Shown: piece by piece, positions 1 through 13,960 of the stretch
Layout: each line of letters starts with the position of its first letter
Position numbering within the stretch: the first letter of the stretch is position 1
Origin: the human T2T-CHM13v2.0 reference genome, Homo sapiens
Length of the DNA stretch: 64,000 bases
Assembly: GCF_009914755.1 (NCBI RefSeq)
Contig: NC_060931.1
Reading direction: 5' to 3' (one strand)
The notes under the pieces: model-generated
The model's database searches: none
Told to the model about the DNA's origin: nothing
The model's input: only the letters and a program-made list of their open reading frames with translations
Position numbers and translations under genes: made by a program

Positions 1-2195
1 CTATAGTCACATTGCAGTGATAACCAATGTCAATTTTATATATACATATATATATCTGCCCAGATTTTTTAATTACATATGTGTATGTATTTAAAATGAG
101 ATATCTTGTATACACCAAAATACATATTTAATGTGGTTTCAGTTATTCTTCAGTCTTTTTCTGTAAGCACGTTTTTTCAGAAATTCTCAAAGCCCAGCCT
201 GGGTTTGAGAAGGGAGATGTTTATCTTGGAACCATGGCAAAGGCAAGGCCACAAAATTTGAAGAGCCAAACAAAGACCATTGAATGAGCTTATCCACCTT
301 CCTCTAATCTTACACATGCTTGAAAAAGACCTCTGGTGTTTTCTTAAGATCACAGCTAAGTTTTATCAAAAGAAAAGCACAAACAGGAGAGTGTTGCAAC
401 AACTATTAATTACGTATTAAACTGGTTATTTTCTTTATAAATACATTACTTTCTATTTAGAACACCTGGTATTATATAATAAATTCATTTTCTTATATAA
501 GATTTTTACTTTGCATACCTCAAATAATTGTTTAAGAATATGATGTAATGCTTTATTTGAAAGACATGAAAATTTAATTTAGTTTTACATAATGAGTATT
601 TCTTCCAAGAAAGGAACTTTATAAGATTTTCCATAGGAAATGGCTTACGCATTTTGTATCATCAGATACCGGCCTATTTTAATGTTTTCCTAGTGTAATA
701 ATTTTGTAGTGATCATAAAATATGTTACCCTAAATATTCTTTATTGTAAAAAGATTTTCTTTAGCTCTAGATCCACATAGCACCTAAAGCATCTGATAAC
801 ACAGTGACTGATTGAATCTGATCTGAATTATAGTATTATGATCAAATGCACTGTGCATCTGACAAGTACACCAAAGAATGCATTGCAATGTGAAGCCAGA
901 AGAGATATTAAATCCATGATTTAACTATCTACAATTTATGCTCATAAGATTTATATCTTAACTATCCTTAAATAAAAACAGCCATACTGATGGTAGTAAA
1001 AAGGGTTTCCTATTTAAGTGTGAATCAGAGAAGACAGTAAAATGAAGTAGAAATCATTTCAGCTCTTTTCTCACAGTACATCACCTTGAGAGGTAATGTA
1101 ATGATTTTCATGAAGTACCAGAATGTTTTATATGTAGCCTCTCTAGAAATTGAACTGTTAAATCATGTACGACTAAATGAACCCTAATTAATTTATGTCA
1201 CAGAACATTAATCAAAAACATGCCCATGTATAAGCTGGTATATATCTCTAAAATAAAACAGAATGAAAAGTGCAATTTGGAAAAGTAATAAGTTTAATTA
1301 ATACACATTTTAGAATACACAGGGTAATGTGTATATTTCTTTTATAGATAAGGACATTACAGTAAACATATAAACTATTTTTTATATCTGGGCACTATTT
1401 ATATCTGGGTTGGGTAAGAAGGATTTTACCTTCCATTAAGGGAAAGTCTATAAATCATAAAGATATAAAATAAGTCCTCTAAGGTAATTCAGGCAGGTCA
1501 TAGAGAGTTAGTGTACTTGTATTTCAAATTTAAATCTAATTACAGTATATAGTAGTCTGTATTAGTCCTTTGTTAGCAAAGAATACTCTTCGAGCTATTT
1601 TCTGAATAAATGTGCTATCTGAGTACATGTGCAAACTTCATATATAATTTCTACATAAGAAATTATAGCAGGCCAAGAAGTATTTTCTCTAAATAAATGA
1701 AATAATGTCTGTACCAAGTAAATGACCTTTCTTTAGTTTTTTCATATTTTATTATCCAAGACCTTCTCATATACTTTCTACCTATCTTTGCATTATTTAT
1801 TTTGGTAGAAACATTTCTATAGAAATATACCACTCTAGATTTACAGCGATGCTTGTAATTTAATTATCATTGTCTACAAATTCTGACCTGCTCATAAGTA
1901 ATGTAATAATTGAATATATTTAACCCCAATATTATTTAAACAGTTGAAGTAATTACCATATGCTTAAGACCTACTTTTTTCGTCTACTGGGGCAAAATGA
2001 TCTCGACATTTACTTTTAAAAAGTTATGTTACTTTGAAATAATTATCGGCATGTAACAATACTCAAGTTTCCAGTTTTTAAAAACAAATCTCTCTCTGAA
2101 GTAGTATCTCAGTTCCTCTAAAAGTAAGCATGAAAATCTCAGGTTAGAAAAACTTAAAACTTATTTCATGCAGTATTATTGCCAATACATGTGTA

Positions 2196-2198
<3 letters not shown>

Positions 2199-2237
<39 letters not shown>
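2199..2237. repeat. (GT)n microsatellite
   Basis: Uninterrupted GT run of about 19 units. Confidence 0.95.
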
Positions 2238-2238
<1 letters not shown>

Positions 2239-3167
2239 TGCATGTTTTAATAGAAAACATACAAAGATATCTGGTGTTAAACATGATATATGGTTATCGT
2301 AGTTAACCCTTTCAGGAGGTAAAAAATGAAATGACTTGTCTTTATAAATACTTGTTTATTGACATGTCACATATCTGAAATTTCAGCATTAAAAATATTC
2401 TTTATGTGACTTAAATTATTGGGTCTTCCAAAACCCTTTTTAAAATAGAATTGATTTACTTGGTTTACCTCAGCTCCCCAACATGGTAACATAAATGTAT
2501 TTCATGAAAATTAGCATGGTTTAACGCTTTTCTAAAATCTAGTTTTAAATAGCAGGTTCTTGATACATGGTTGAATGGATAGATACATTTGATAACAAAC
2601 ATTAGGAATCTGAAAGACATTCCAAGGTCATGGTGACAGAATGTCGTTATAGTAATGAGAATATCAAGAAACATAATTAAAACCCAAGCTTTGTTTTAAG
2701 AAACAAGATGAATAAATTAGGATATGTTTGTTCCTTATTTTCTACATAATGCATATATGCATATAAGCCTACTTGTGGATGCATGTATACACACATGTAG
2801 ATATATGCACTGACTTTCTAAAAATAAAAAAAATTATTCTACCTAAATATACAAAATAAAGGACAGTGATATTCAACAGGCGATCTGATTGTTTTATGTG
2901 TTTATCAATTAAAAATGTTGTGTTTCTTTACATCAGAATACTATAAGTTAACTTTAATTAACGGTTAGATTATTATTCAAAAATGACGAAAACCACTTTA
3001 AAAGAAGGTACTCATACATGAATTACTCTATCAGTTCATACACAGAAATTATACTTAAGATTTTCAATATTTATTTGTAGTTATTCTTTTTAAGGAACAT
3101 TTTGTTTTTAGTCACCTTTTAGTTTTACATTTCTTATCTATTCCAGTTTTCTAAATTATAATATAAA

Positions 3168-3210
<43 letters not shown>
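3168..3210. repeat. (TG)n microsatellite
   Basis: TG run with one GC interruption. Confidence 0.95.
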
Positions 3211-3213
<3 letters not shown>

Positions 3214-4105
3214 ATGTATTCTCTCTGTTCCAATACCCCTAAAAAATTCAAGTTCCATGTTTGTTGGAAGTGTCTTTTTTCTCTCTGTTTTATCTATAGG
3301 GCCTAAAATATAGGGTTGGAATATAGGGGCCACTTAGAAAACATATGTCGAAAGGTTGAAAGAGTAAGAAAATGAATACAAATGGCTGATCTTTATTTGA
3401 ATTATATCACAAATAGATCTTGATCTCTTTACAAGATATAAAATGTATTATTTCTATACACCTATACTTGCATCTTTCATATTTCTGCAGAGATACATTA
3501 CATAAATATCAATGAAATATTTGTATATTATACTAGGAAAAATACAATTTGACTAAATTTTATTAAAGCATGTATATTTTTTTCTATCTAAAATATCAGG
3601 TGTTAATAAAACACTTTTAATTTTAGAAAATTTTCCTCACATCAATACAGTTACATCATTGAGCATGTATGCTGTGGTCCTATGAAGACATTAAAATGTG
3701 ATGAGGTAATCCAGCCCACATGAAAAAGAGTTTGTGAATATATAAAACAGGTTTTGATAGTTGATGCTTAACCTCATGAATTAGTAGTCTTGTCACTTAT
3801 ATAAAATTTTTGTAGAAAGAATAAGCATCAAGACAAATAGTTTATATGAAAAATCAATACACACAAAAAAAGCACCTTTGGACCAGGTGCATAATGACAT
3901 GAAAGTAATTTAAGACCAGATCTTAAGGTTTCAAGTTTTCCCACCATTAATTTTGTAGGAAATTTTCATTTTTCTTAGTAATACTAGTCAGTATCCGGGT
4001 GATTTCTGCATGTCCAACTGAGGTATCGGGTTCATCTCAATGGGGCTTGTCAGACAGTGGGTGCAGCCCATGGAGCAGGGCAGGGCATCGCCTCACCTGG
4101 GAAGC

Positions 4106-4330
4106 TCAAGGGGTCAGGGAATTCCCTTTCCTAGCAAAGGGAACCCATGACAGAGGGTACCTGGAAAATCGGGACACTACCAATGCCCTTAGCAAATGGC
4201 ACACCAGGAGATTATATCCCACGCCTGGCTCAGAGGGTCCCACACCCACGGAGCCTTGCTCACTGCTAGCACAGCAGCCTGAGATCAAACTGTGAGGTGG
4301 CAGCGTGGCTGGGGGAGGGGCATCCGCCAT
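4106..4330 (-). CDS. ORF0: LINE-1 ORF0 homolog (antisense 5'UTR ORF), 74 aa open frame; expression unknown
   Basis: MADAPPPATLPPHSLISGCCASSEQGSVGVGPSEPGVGYNLLV matches the ORF0 N-terminus MAGAPPPASLPPCSLISDCCAS...SVGVGPSEPG. Confidence 0.7.
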   Translation of the reverse strand: MADAPPPATLPPHSLISGCCASSEQGSVGVGPSEPGVGYNLLVCHLLRALVVSRFSRYPLSWVPFARKGNSLTP

Positions 4331-4905
4331 TGCTGAGGCTTGAGTAGGTAAACAAAGTGGCCAGGAAGCTCAAACTGGGTGGAGCCCACCACAGCTCAAG
4401 GAGGCATGCCTGCCTCTGTAGACTCCACCTCTGGGGGCAGGTCATAGCTAAACAAAAGGCAACAGAAACTTCTGCAGACTTAAACGTCCCTGTCTGACAG
4501 CTTTGAAGAGAATAGTGCTTCTCCCAGCATGGAGTCTGAAATCTGAGAACGGACAGACTGCCTCCTCAAGTGGGTCACTGACCCCCAAGTAGCATAACTT
4601 GGAGACACCTCCCAGTAGGGGCCGACTGACACCTCATACAGCCGGGTGCCCCTCTGAGACGAAGCTTCCAGAGGAAGGATCAGGCAGAAACATTTGCCTT
4701 TTTGCAATATTTGTGGTTCTGCAGCCTCTGCTGGTGATACCCAGGCAAACAGGGTCTGGAGTGGAACTCCAGCAAACTCCAACAGACCTGCAGCTGAGGG
4801 TCCTGACTGTTAGAAGGAAAACTAACAAACAGAAAGGACATCCACACCAAAACCCGATCTGTACATCACCATCATCAAAGACCAAAGATAGATAAAACCA
4901 CAAAG

Positions 4906-5924
4906 GTGGGGAGAAACCAGAGCAGAAAAGCTGAAAATTCTAAAAATCAGCACACATCTTCTCCTCCAAAGGAACGCAGCTCCTTCCCAGCAAAGAAACA
5001 AAGCTGGATGGAGAATGAATTTGATAAGTTGAGAGAAAAAGGCTTCAGATGATCAGTAATAACAAACTTCTCTGAGCTAAAGGACGAAGTTCGAACTCAT
5101 CGCAAAGAAGCTAAAAACCTTGAAAAAAGATTAGATGAATGGCTAACTAAAATAAACAGTGTAGAGACGTCCTTAAATGACTGGATGGAGCTGAAAATCA
5201 TGGCACGAGAACTAAAGGATGCATGCACAATCTTCAGTAGCCAATTTGATCAAGTGGAAGAAAGGGTATCAGTGATTGAAGATCAAATGAATGAAATGAA
5301 GCGAGAAGAGAAGTTTAGAGAAAAAAGAGTAAAAAGAAATGAACAAAGCCTCCAAGAAATATGGGACTATGTGAAAAGACCAAATCTACATTTGACTGGT
5401 GTACATCAAAGTGACGGGGAGAATGGAACCAAGTTGGAAAACACTCTACAGGATATTATCCAGGAGAACTTCCCCAACCTAGCAAAGCAAGCCAACATTC
5501 AAATTCAGGAAACACAGAGAACACCACAAAGTTACTCCTCAAGAAGAGCAACTCCAAGACACATAATTGTCAGATTCACCAAAGTTGAAATGAAGGAAAA
5601 AATGTTAAGGTAGCCAGAGAGAAAGGTCGGGTTACCCACAAAGGGAAGCCCATCAGACTAACAGCAGATCTCTCGGCAGAAACTCTACAAGCCAGAAGAG
5701 AGTGGGGGCCAAAATTCAACATTGTTAAAGAAAACAATTTTCAACCCAGAATTTCATATCCAGCCAATCTAAGCTTCATAAGTGAAGGAGAAATAAAATC
5801 TTTTAAAAAAATGCTGAGAGATTTTGTCAACACCAGGCCTGCCTCACGAGAGCTCCTGAAGGAAGCACTAACCATGGAAAGGAACAACTGGTACCAGCCA
5901 CTGCAAAAACTTGCCAAATTGTAA
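4906..5924 (+). pseudogene. L1 ORF1p remnant (RNA-binding chaperone), disrupted
   Basis: ATG mutated to GTG at 4906, TGA near 5050, frameshift near 5610. Fragment 5185-5613 encodes ORF1p coiled-coil/RRM sequence (LQEIWDYVKRPNL, PRHIIVRF). Confidence 0.9.
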
Positions 5925-5987
5925 AGAACATCAATGCCAGGAAGAAACTGCATCAACTAATGAGCAAAATAACAAGCTAACATCATA

Positions 5988-8900
5988 ATGACAGGATCAA
6001 ATTCACACATAACAATATTAACCTTAAATGTAAATGGGCTAAACCCTCGAATTAAAAGACACAGACTGGCAAATTGGATAAAGAGTCATGACTCATCAGT
6101 GTGCTGTATTCAGGAGACCCATCTCCGGTGCTGAGACACACATAGGCTCAACATAAAAGGATGGAGGAAGATCTACCAAGCAAATGGAAAACAAAACAAA
6201 ACAAAAAAACCCAGGGGTTGCAATCCTAGTCTCTGATAAATCAGACTTTAAACCAACAAAGATCAAAAGAGACAAAGAAGGACATTACATAATGGTAAAG
6301 GGATCAATTCAACAAGAACAGCTAACTACCCTAAATATATATATATATGCCTCCAATACAGGAGCACCCAGATTCATAAAGCAAGTTCTTAGAGATCTAC
6401 AAAGAGACTTAGACTCCCACACAATAATAATGGGAGACTTTCCACTGTCAACATTAGACAGATCAATGAGACAGAAAGTTAACAAGGACATCCAGGAATT
6501 GAACTCAGCTCTGAACCCAGCAGACCTAATAGACATCTACAGAACTCTCCACCCCAAATCAACAGAATATACATTCTTCTCAGCACCACATCACACTTAT
6601 TACAGAATTGACCACATAGTAGGAAGTAAAGCACTCCTGAGCAAATGTAAAAGAACAGAAATTTTAACAAACTGTCTCTCAGACCACAGTGCAATCAAAC
6701 TAGAACTCAGGATTAAGAAGCTCACTCAAAACCACTCAACTACATGGAAACTGTACAACCTGCTCCTGAATGACAACTGGGTAAAGAACGAAATAAAGGC
6801 AGAAATAGAGATGTTCGTTGAAACCAATGAGAAAAAAGATACAACATACCACAATCTCTGGGACACATTTAAAGCAGTGTGTAGAGGGAAATTTATAGTA
6901 CTAAATGTCCACAAGAGAAAGCAGGAAAGATCTAAAATTGACACCCTAACATCACAATTAAAAGAACTAGAGAAGCAAGAGCAAACACATTCAAAAGCTA
7001 GCAGAAGGCAAGAAATAACTAAGATTAGAGCAGAACTGAAGGAGATAGAGACACAAAAAACCCTTCAAAAAATCAATGAATCCAGGAGCTGGGTTTTTTA
7101 AAAGATCAACAAAACTGATAGACCACTAGCAAAACTAATAAAGAAGAAAAGAGAGAAGAATCAAATAGATGCAATAAAAATGATAAAGGGGAGATCACCA
7201 CCTATCCCATAGAAATACAAACTACCATCAGAGAATAATATAAGCACCTCTACGGAAATAAACTAGAAAATCTAGAAGAAATGGATAAATGTCTGGACAC
7301 ATATACCCTCCCAAGACTAAACCACGAAGAACTTGAATCCCTGAATAGACCAATAACAGGTTCTGAAATTCAGGCAATTATTAATAGCCTACCAACCAAA
7401 AAAAGTCCAGAATCAGATGGATTCACAGCCAAATTCTACCAGAGGTACAAAAAGGAGCTGGTACCATTTCTTCTGAAAGTATTCCAATCAATAGAAAAAG
7501 AGGGAATCCTCCGTCCCTAATTCATTTTATGAGGCCAACACCACCCTGATACCAAAGCCTGGCAGAGACACAACAAAAAAAAGAGAATTTTAGACCAATA
7601 TCCTTGATGAACATTGATGCAAAATCATCAATAAAATACTAGCAAACCGAATCCAGCAGCACATTAAGAAGTTTATCCACCATGATCAAGTTGGCATCAT
7701 CCCTGGGATGCAAGCCTGGTTCAACATATGCAAATCAATATATGTAATCCATCATATAAACAGAACAAAAGAAAAAAACCATATGATTATCTCAATAGAT
7801 GCAGAAAAGGCCTTTGACAAAATTCAACAGCCCTTCATGATAAAAACTCTCAATAAACTAGGTATTGATGGGACATATCTCAAATAATAAGAACTATTTA
7901 TGACAAACCCATAGCCAATATCATACTGAATGGGCAAAAACTGGAAGCATTCCCTTTGAAAACCGGCACAAAACAGGATGCCCTCTCTCACCACTACTAT
8001 TCAACATAGTGGTGGATGTTCCGGCTAGGGCATTCAGGCAGGAGAAAGAAATAAAGGGTATTCAATTAGGAAAAGAGGAAGCCAAATTGTCCCTGTTTGC
8101 AGATGACATGAATGTATATTTAAAAATCCCCATCGTCTCAGTCCAAAATCTCCTTAAGCTGATAAGCAACTTCAGCAAAGTCTCAGGATACAAAATCAAT
8201 GTGCAAAAATCACAAGCATTCCTATACACTAATAACAGACAAACAGAGAGCCAAATCATGAGTGAACTCCCATTCACAATTGCTTCAAAGAGAATAAAAT
8301 ACCTAGGAATCCAACTTACAAGGGATGTGAAGGACCTCTTCAAGGAGAACTACAAACCACTGCTCAACGAAATAAAAGAGGACACAAACAAATGGAAGAA
8401 CATTCCATGCTCATGGATAGGAAGAATCAATATCATGAAAATGGCCATACTGCCCAAGGTAATTTATAGATTCAATGCCATCCCCATCAAGCTACCAATG
8501 ACTTTCTTCACAGAATTGGAGAAAACTGCTTTAAAGTTCATATGGAACCAAAAAAGAGCCTGCATTGCCAAGACAATCCTAAGCCAAAAGAACAAAGCTG
8601 GAGGTATCACACTACCTGACTTCAAACTGTACTACAAGGCTACAGTAGCCAAAACAGCATGGTACTGGTACCAAAACAGAGATATAGACCAGTGGAACAG
8701 AATAGAGCCCTTGGAAATAATACCATACACCTACAACCATCTGATCTTCGAAAAACCTGACAAAAACAAGTAACAGAGTAAGGATTCTCTATTTAATAAA
8801 TGGTGCTGGGAATACTGGCTGGCCATATGTAGAAAGCTGAAACTGGATCCCTTCCACACACCTTATAGAAAAATTAATTCAAGATGGATTAAAGACTTAA

Positions 8901-9825
8901 ATGTTAGACCTAAAACCATAAAAACCCTAGAAGAAAACCTAGGCAAATCCATTCAGGCCATAGGCATGGGCAAGGACTTCATGACTAAAACACCAAAAGC
9001 AATGGCAACAAAAGCCAAAATTGACAAATGGGATCTAATTAAATTAAAGAGTTTCTACATAGCAAAAGAAACTACCATCACAGTGAACAGGCAACCTATA
9101 GAATGGGAGAAAATTTTTACAATCTTCTCATCTGACAAAGGGCTAATATCCAGAGTCTACAAAGAACTTAAACAAATTTACAAGAAAAAATCAAACAACC
9201 CCATCAAATAGTGGGCAAAGAATATGAACAGACACTTCTCAAAAGAAGACATTTATGCAACCAACAGACACATGAAAAAATGTTCATCATCACTGGCCAT
9301 CAGAGAAATGCCAATCAAACCACAATGAGATACCATCTCACACCAGTTAGAATGGCGATCATTAAAAAGTCAGGAAACAACAGGTGCTGGAGAGGATGTG
9401 GAGAAATAGGAACGCTTTTACACTGTTGGTGGGACTGTAAACTAGTTTAACCATTGTGGAAGACAGTGTGGCGATTCCTCAAGGATCTAGAACTAGTAAT
9501 ATCACTTGACCCAGCCATCCCATTACTGGGCATATACCCAAAGGATTATAAATCATGCTGCTATAAAGACACATGCACACGTATGTTTATTGCAGCACTA
9601 TTCACAATAGCAAAGACTTGGAACCAACCCAAATGTCCATCAATAATACACTGGTTTAAGAAAATGTGGCACATATACACCATGTAATACTATGCAGCCA
9701 TAAAAAAGAATGAGTTCATGTCCTTTGTAGGGACATGGATGAAGCTGGAAACCATCATTCTGAGCAAACTATTGCAAGGACAGAAAACCAAACACTGCAT
9801 GTTCTCACTCATAGGTGGGAATTGA
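5988..9825 (+). pseudogene. L1 ORF2p remnant (endonuclease, RT, C-terminal domain), multiple frameshifts and stops
   Basis: ATGACAGGATCA start. EN motifs (GDF, SDH) and RT motif FADD are split across ORFs 6184-7101, 7281-7520, 8009-8773, 8966-9211 and 9454-9687. Confidence 0.92.
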
Positions 9826-10789
9826 ATAATGAGGACACTTGGACACAGAGTGGGGAACATCACACACCAGGGCCTGTCATGGGGTGGGGGGAGGAGGGAG
9901 GGATAGCATTAGGAGATATACCTAATGTAAATGATGAGTTAACGGGTGGAGCACACCAACATGGCACATATATACATATATATCAAACCTGCACATTGTG
10001 CACATGTACCCTAGAACTTAAAGTATAATAATAATTTTTTAAAAAACTAACACTACTCAGTATCTCATTGAAATCTTCTAAAAACTAAATCAGGCAGTAC
10101 TCTGTGATCTCTATTTCTGTGTTAATAAGTCATATTGAAAGCATTAGGATAAGAGAAAACCTTGGACTGTGAGCTCACCAAACAAAATCAATAGCTCTGT
10201 ATTATTCTCAAGATAAAACAAACCTGTGCAGAGACAAACAGTATAGCTGACTCAAGAAATCTTTACCTCTCAGAGTTGTACTCAATTTTCTAAATATGAT
10301 TTTATGTTAGTGATTGGCTAATATTAACAAAATAATTTTAGGTTGTATAGTTTACCCTGAAAAACAGAGGTTTGTTTATAAAATTCCTCCACAAAGCTGT
10401 GATGTAATATTCACAGCTTTATTTATGCCCAGTTTTTTTTACTATATATTAGAATGGATTCATCACCATCTAAGACAGTTATAATTTGCTCTAGGCAAGA
10501 TGGTGAGCATTTTTGGACATAGCTCCCCTTTCTTCCAAGGCTCAAACTATGCACAGCAATAACCACAAATGAGTATGTTTTCTAGGAATGGTGCATTCTA
10601 GGGTATAACCCATCCCATTTATCACATTAGTATTATTTCCTAGTAAACTGACTAGTCACCTGCATGCACATACTATAAGGTTAGACAAGAAGCAGGAGAG
10701 CTTCTTACTAAGACATTGAGTGCATATATACCATTTATATAGTGCATTTATAAATATGGTATATTTGAAGTCTTGTTATATCTCCAAAC

Positions 10790-10925
10790 ATATTTAATTT
10801 ACCCAACAACACTGGTATTCATATTTTGTAAAAACTGAAACTCAGAAAATTCAAGCCATCTGTTGAGAAGTCACACTGACAGTAAAGGCCAAAACCATTC
10901 CACTCTAAGCCTCACAATGTTAACC
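10790..10925 (+). mobile_element. Probable degenerate MIR SINE fragment
   Basis: AAAACTGAAACTCAGAAAA...AAGTCACAC resembles the MIR core. Confidence 0.45.
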
Positions 10926-11354
10926 AAAAAATTACAATGAAAGTTCTACTTTAATAGCTCTAAATTGGTTTGAATGGAAAATAAAATCTAGTAGTAGCCT
11001 TACAGGGAAGATTGATTCTTTTACTAATAATAAGAATAATTATGCAGTGAATAATTAAGGAGTTTATATTATCAAAATCAAGGTTTTGTATGAATTAAAA
11101 TGCCACTAGTAGGTTTCAAGAAAAAAGTATAAACCCACAAGAACCAAAGAAAATGGGAGAGATGATAATAACCATTAAATTTAAGATGGGAAGCACATTA
11201 TTAGTAGAACAACAAACAGGAATAAAACGCAAGAAACAACCAATTTCAATAAAATATACTCGAGAGCCTTAAAAGTTTATGGCATCAAGTACTTGCGCAA
11301 GTAAGGTTGAGGATGGCTGAAACAGGAGAGTATTTTGAGATTCTATTTAGGTTT

Positions 11355-11358
<4 letters not shown>

Positions 11359-11402
<44 letters not shown>

Positions 11403-11437
11403 ATGCATGTGCACATGCATGCACGCATGTGTGTGTG
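11359..11437. repeat. (GT)n plus GCAT/GCAC alternating purine-pyrimidine tract
   Basis: 79 bp of unbroken purine-pyrimidine alternation. Confidence 0.92.
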
Positions 11438-12649
11438 ATATATATCTTTATAATTAAATACAGTCTGTTTATGAGATTCCAATAATGTTATTCATGACTG
11501 GTAAATAGAGGAATGATGTCACTATAACACAGAATGTATTTTGGTTTACATGAGAATTTTCTGAGAATTTTCATATTTTATGCCAAGTACCAGTAGTTCA
11601 ACACAGTGCACAGTGTCAGCTGAGAGCAATAAACCAAACAAATGTTGTACATATATGATGCAAATTCACCCCACATTCTTCCCCTTTGCCACAGTCTTTG
11701 TTCTGGAGGTGTTATCGGGTGGTCTTTTCAAATCTTTCCACAACTCAACAGCTCCAACTCTTCTTTACATTCCCATCTATGGAGGTAGCTTTATAGTATT
11801 TTAGGTAAAAAGATATATTTATTATAGTGCTTCATTATTTGATAATTTAGTATGTATTTAACTGTACTTGTAGTTTTCCTTAGGAATTGTTGTTGTCAGC
11901 ATTCTGGTTTTTATTTTCACTGATATTAAGTAGGCTGTTCTTAATTTTATTTTTTCTTCATAACTCTATGTCTAATTTTGTATGATGTGAAAGGTTATAG
12001 CAGCATATAAGGTACTTTGCATACACAGCAAATAACATGTCGAAACTCTTGTGGGGAGATTTCCAAAATAAACATAAAATTTTAAAGGGGTGATAAATAT
12101 GCAACAGCATACATGGTGTGATTCCATTTCTATATGAAGGAAGCAAGATGAAATCATACATAGACTTGCTTTTGTATCACAGCATACATATTTTTAAGAA
12201 ACCTTCCAGGTAGATAAGACAATGGCAGAAACCTGTGAATAGTTCTGCATATTTCAGTATTTTCTCCTAAAACAAAATAGAACAAGAATAAAAGAAAAAA
12301 ATTCACTGAAACCATGCATTCAGCTTAAGTTGAAAGTAGAGAATGCCCAAACTTAAAAATAACTGAAATAAAAGTTTGGGAGAAAAAAGTAGAGAAGTCA
12401 CCAAATCTTAGTGCACAATGCCTTTTGCTCCTGCCCTACTTCAAGTCTTTATAGCAAAAGGGGTACCCCATAAGAAAGAGAAGAGTAGAAGTAAAGAAAG
12501 AAAGAGAGGAAAGAAAAGTGCTAGGAAGAGAGAAGAGCTACCAATAGGCCTTAAAGTTATTCTGAAACTAATGTCATTATGAGTGTATTAACTATAATGG
12601 TGACAAATTTTAAAAAGGTGTCCTGGAAAGATAACTGCATTATTTACAT

Positions 12650-13960
12650 AGAAGAAATTTAAAGTTCTCCCTATGTGAAGTGGCAGTCTTTGAAACACAC
12701 CGCAACTGAGAAAGGAAAAAAAAAAAAAAAGAAGAGGTACCAAATATGGAAAAATAATGAAATATAACTAACATTTTAAGATCTGTTCCTAAATATTTTC
12801 CTGAAAAGAGTAAAGACCTAAATCTACAAATTGAAAAGGGAAACAGGAGAAAATTAATTAGAATGATTAGTACCTATAAGTATCCTATTAAAGCTATTAA
12901 ATGTGGAGATAGAGATTAAAAAATACTGAAGCTCTTCAGTTAAAATGATCAAATAATTTACAAGGCAAAAATAATTAGACTGATGTTCAATTTTTTTAAA
13001 GAGACATTCAAAGCAATCCCATAATGTAGTAGGATTTTCAAAAAATTAGTAAAATAAAGCGTGAACCAAGTATTTTATATCTAGTTAAGCATTCCTTAAA
13101 TAGAAAGGTTATAGAAAAATTCAAGCACACATGAATTTAGGGATTGCTCTACTAATGAGACCTTTTAGAGAAACTAGAACATGCTCCATCTAAACAAGAG
13201 ATGCCTGGAGAAAATTCAGCAAGAGAACTAATAGTGAGCATTTTAATGTATGCAATTTAAATTTAATGCTAAAACAAAAGTAAGGATGAGGGTGGACTAC
13301 TAATGTACAAGTTCCTTATGTTGTGATAAAGTATAATTTTTTAATGGAAGGAGAAAGAAAATATAAAGAAGAAATTTGAATGCATGCATTGATTGTTGTG
13401 TAGACAATGGGAGATAAAGGAAAACACTGAAAACTGACAAACCAGGTGGTAAAAAATGAGCATGACAACTGGGAACTAAAGGCATTAAAAGGCCATAAGT
13501 CTAAAGGTAATAACTAGAACAAAGTTCCATCCTCCCAAAATACATCAAAGAAAATTTGATCTTATTATATGGAAAAAGTAACATAAAATTATAACATAAA
13601 ACACGTAATTGTAAAGTGTTATGACAGAAATAAGACCAAACATATCAGACATGTCAATAAACGTGAACAGCCTTAGTTCACCTATTAAAAGAAAAATATT
13701 TTCAATTTGCTCATTGCTCATAAACGGAGACTTAACTACATGAGTATGTTGTATTCAAGAGGCAAACCTAAAAAAAGTGCCTTACAAAGGCAAAATATTA
13801 AGGGATGGACAAAGACATATGAGGCAAATACAAACAAAATAGAAGGGTTAACAATTATTTTATCAGACCTACTACAATTTAAGCCCACAAGCATTAAAGG
13901 CAAAAGGAGGTATTTTTAGAGCTAAAAGTTCAGTTGACACAAAGATGTTAATAAACCACA
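12650..13960 (+). mobile_element. Ancient L1M fragment (ORF1 end and ORF2 endonuclease start)
   Basis: Degenerate ORF1-like sequence, then an EN N-terminus (AATAAACGTGAACAGCCTTAGTTCACCTATTAAAAGA; KGWTKTYEANTNK). Boundaries approximate. Confidence 0.6.

Larger units (their letters stand above)
3996..10047 (+). mobile_element. Near-full-length LINE-1, L1PA6-like (L1PA5-7), missing about the first 70 nt; retrotransposition-defective
   Basis: 5'UTR starts at CGGGTGATTTCTGCA, followed by ORF1, ORF2, 3'UTR and an A-rich tail. 17-bp TSD TAATACTAGTCAGTATC (3979-3995) / TAACACTACTCAGTATC (10048-10064), 2 mismatches. The 5'UTR keeps the segment (~4640-4780) that is deleted in L1PA2/L1HS. Confidence 0.95.
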
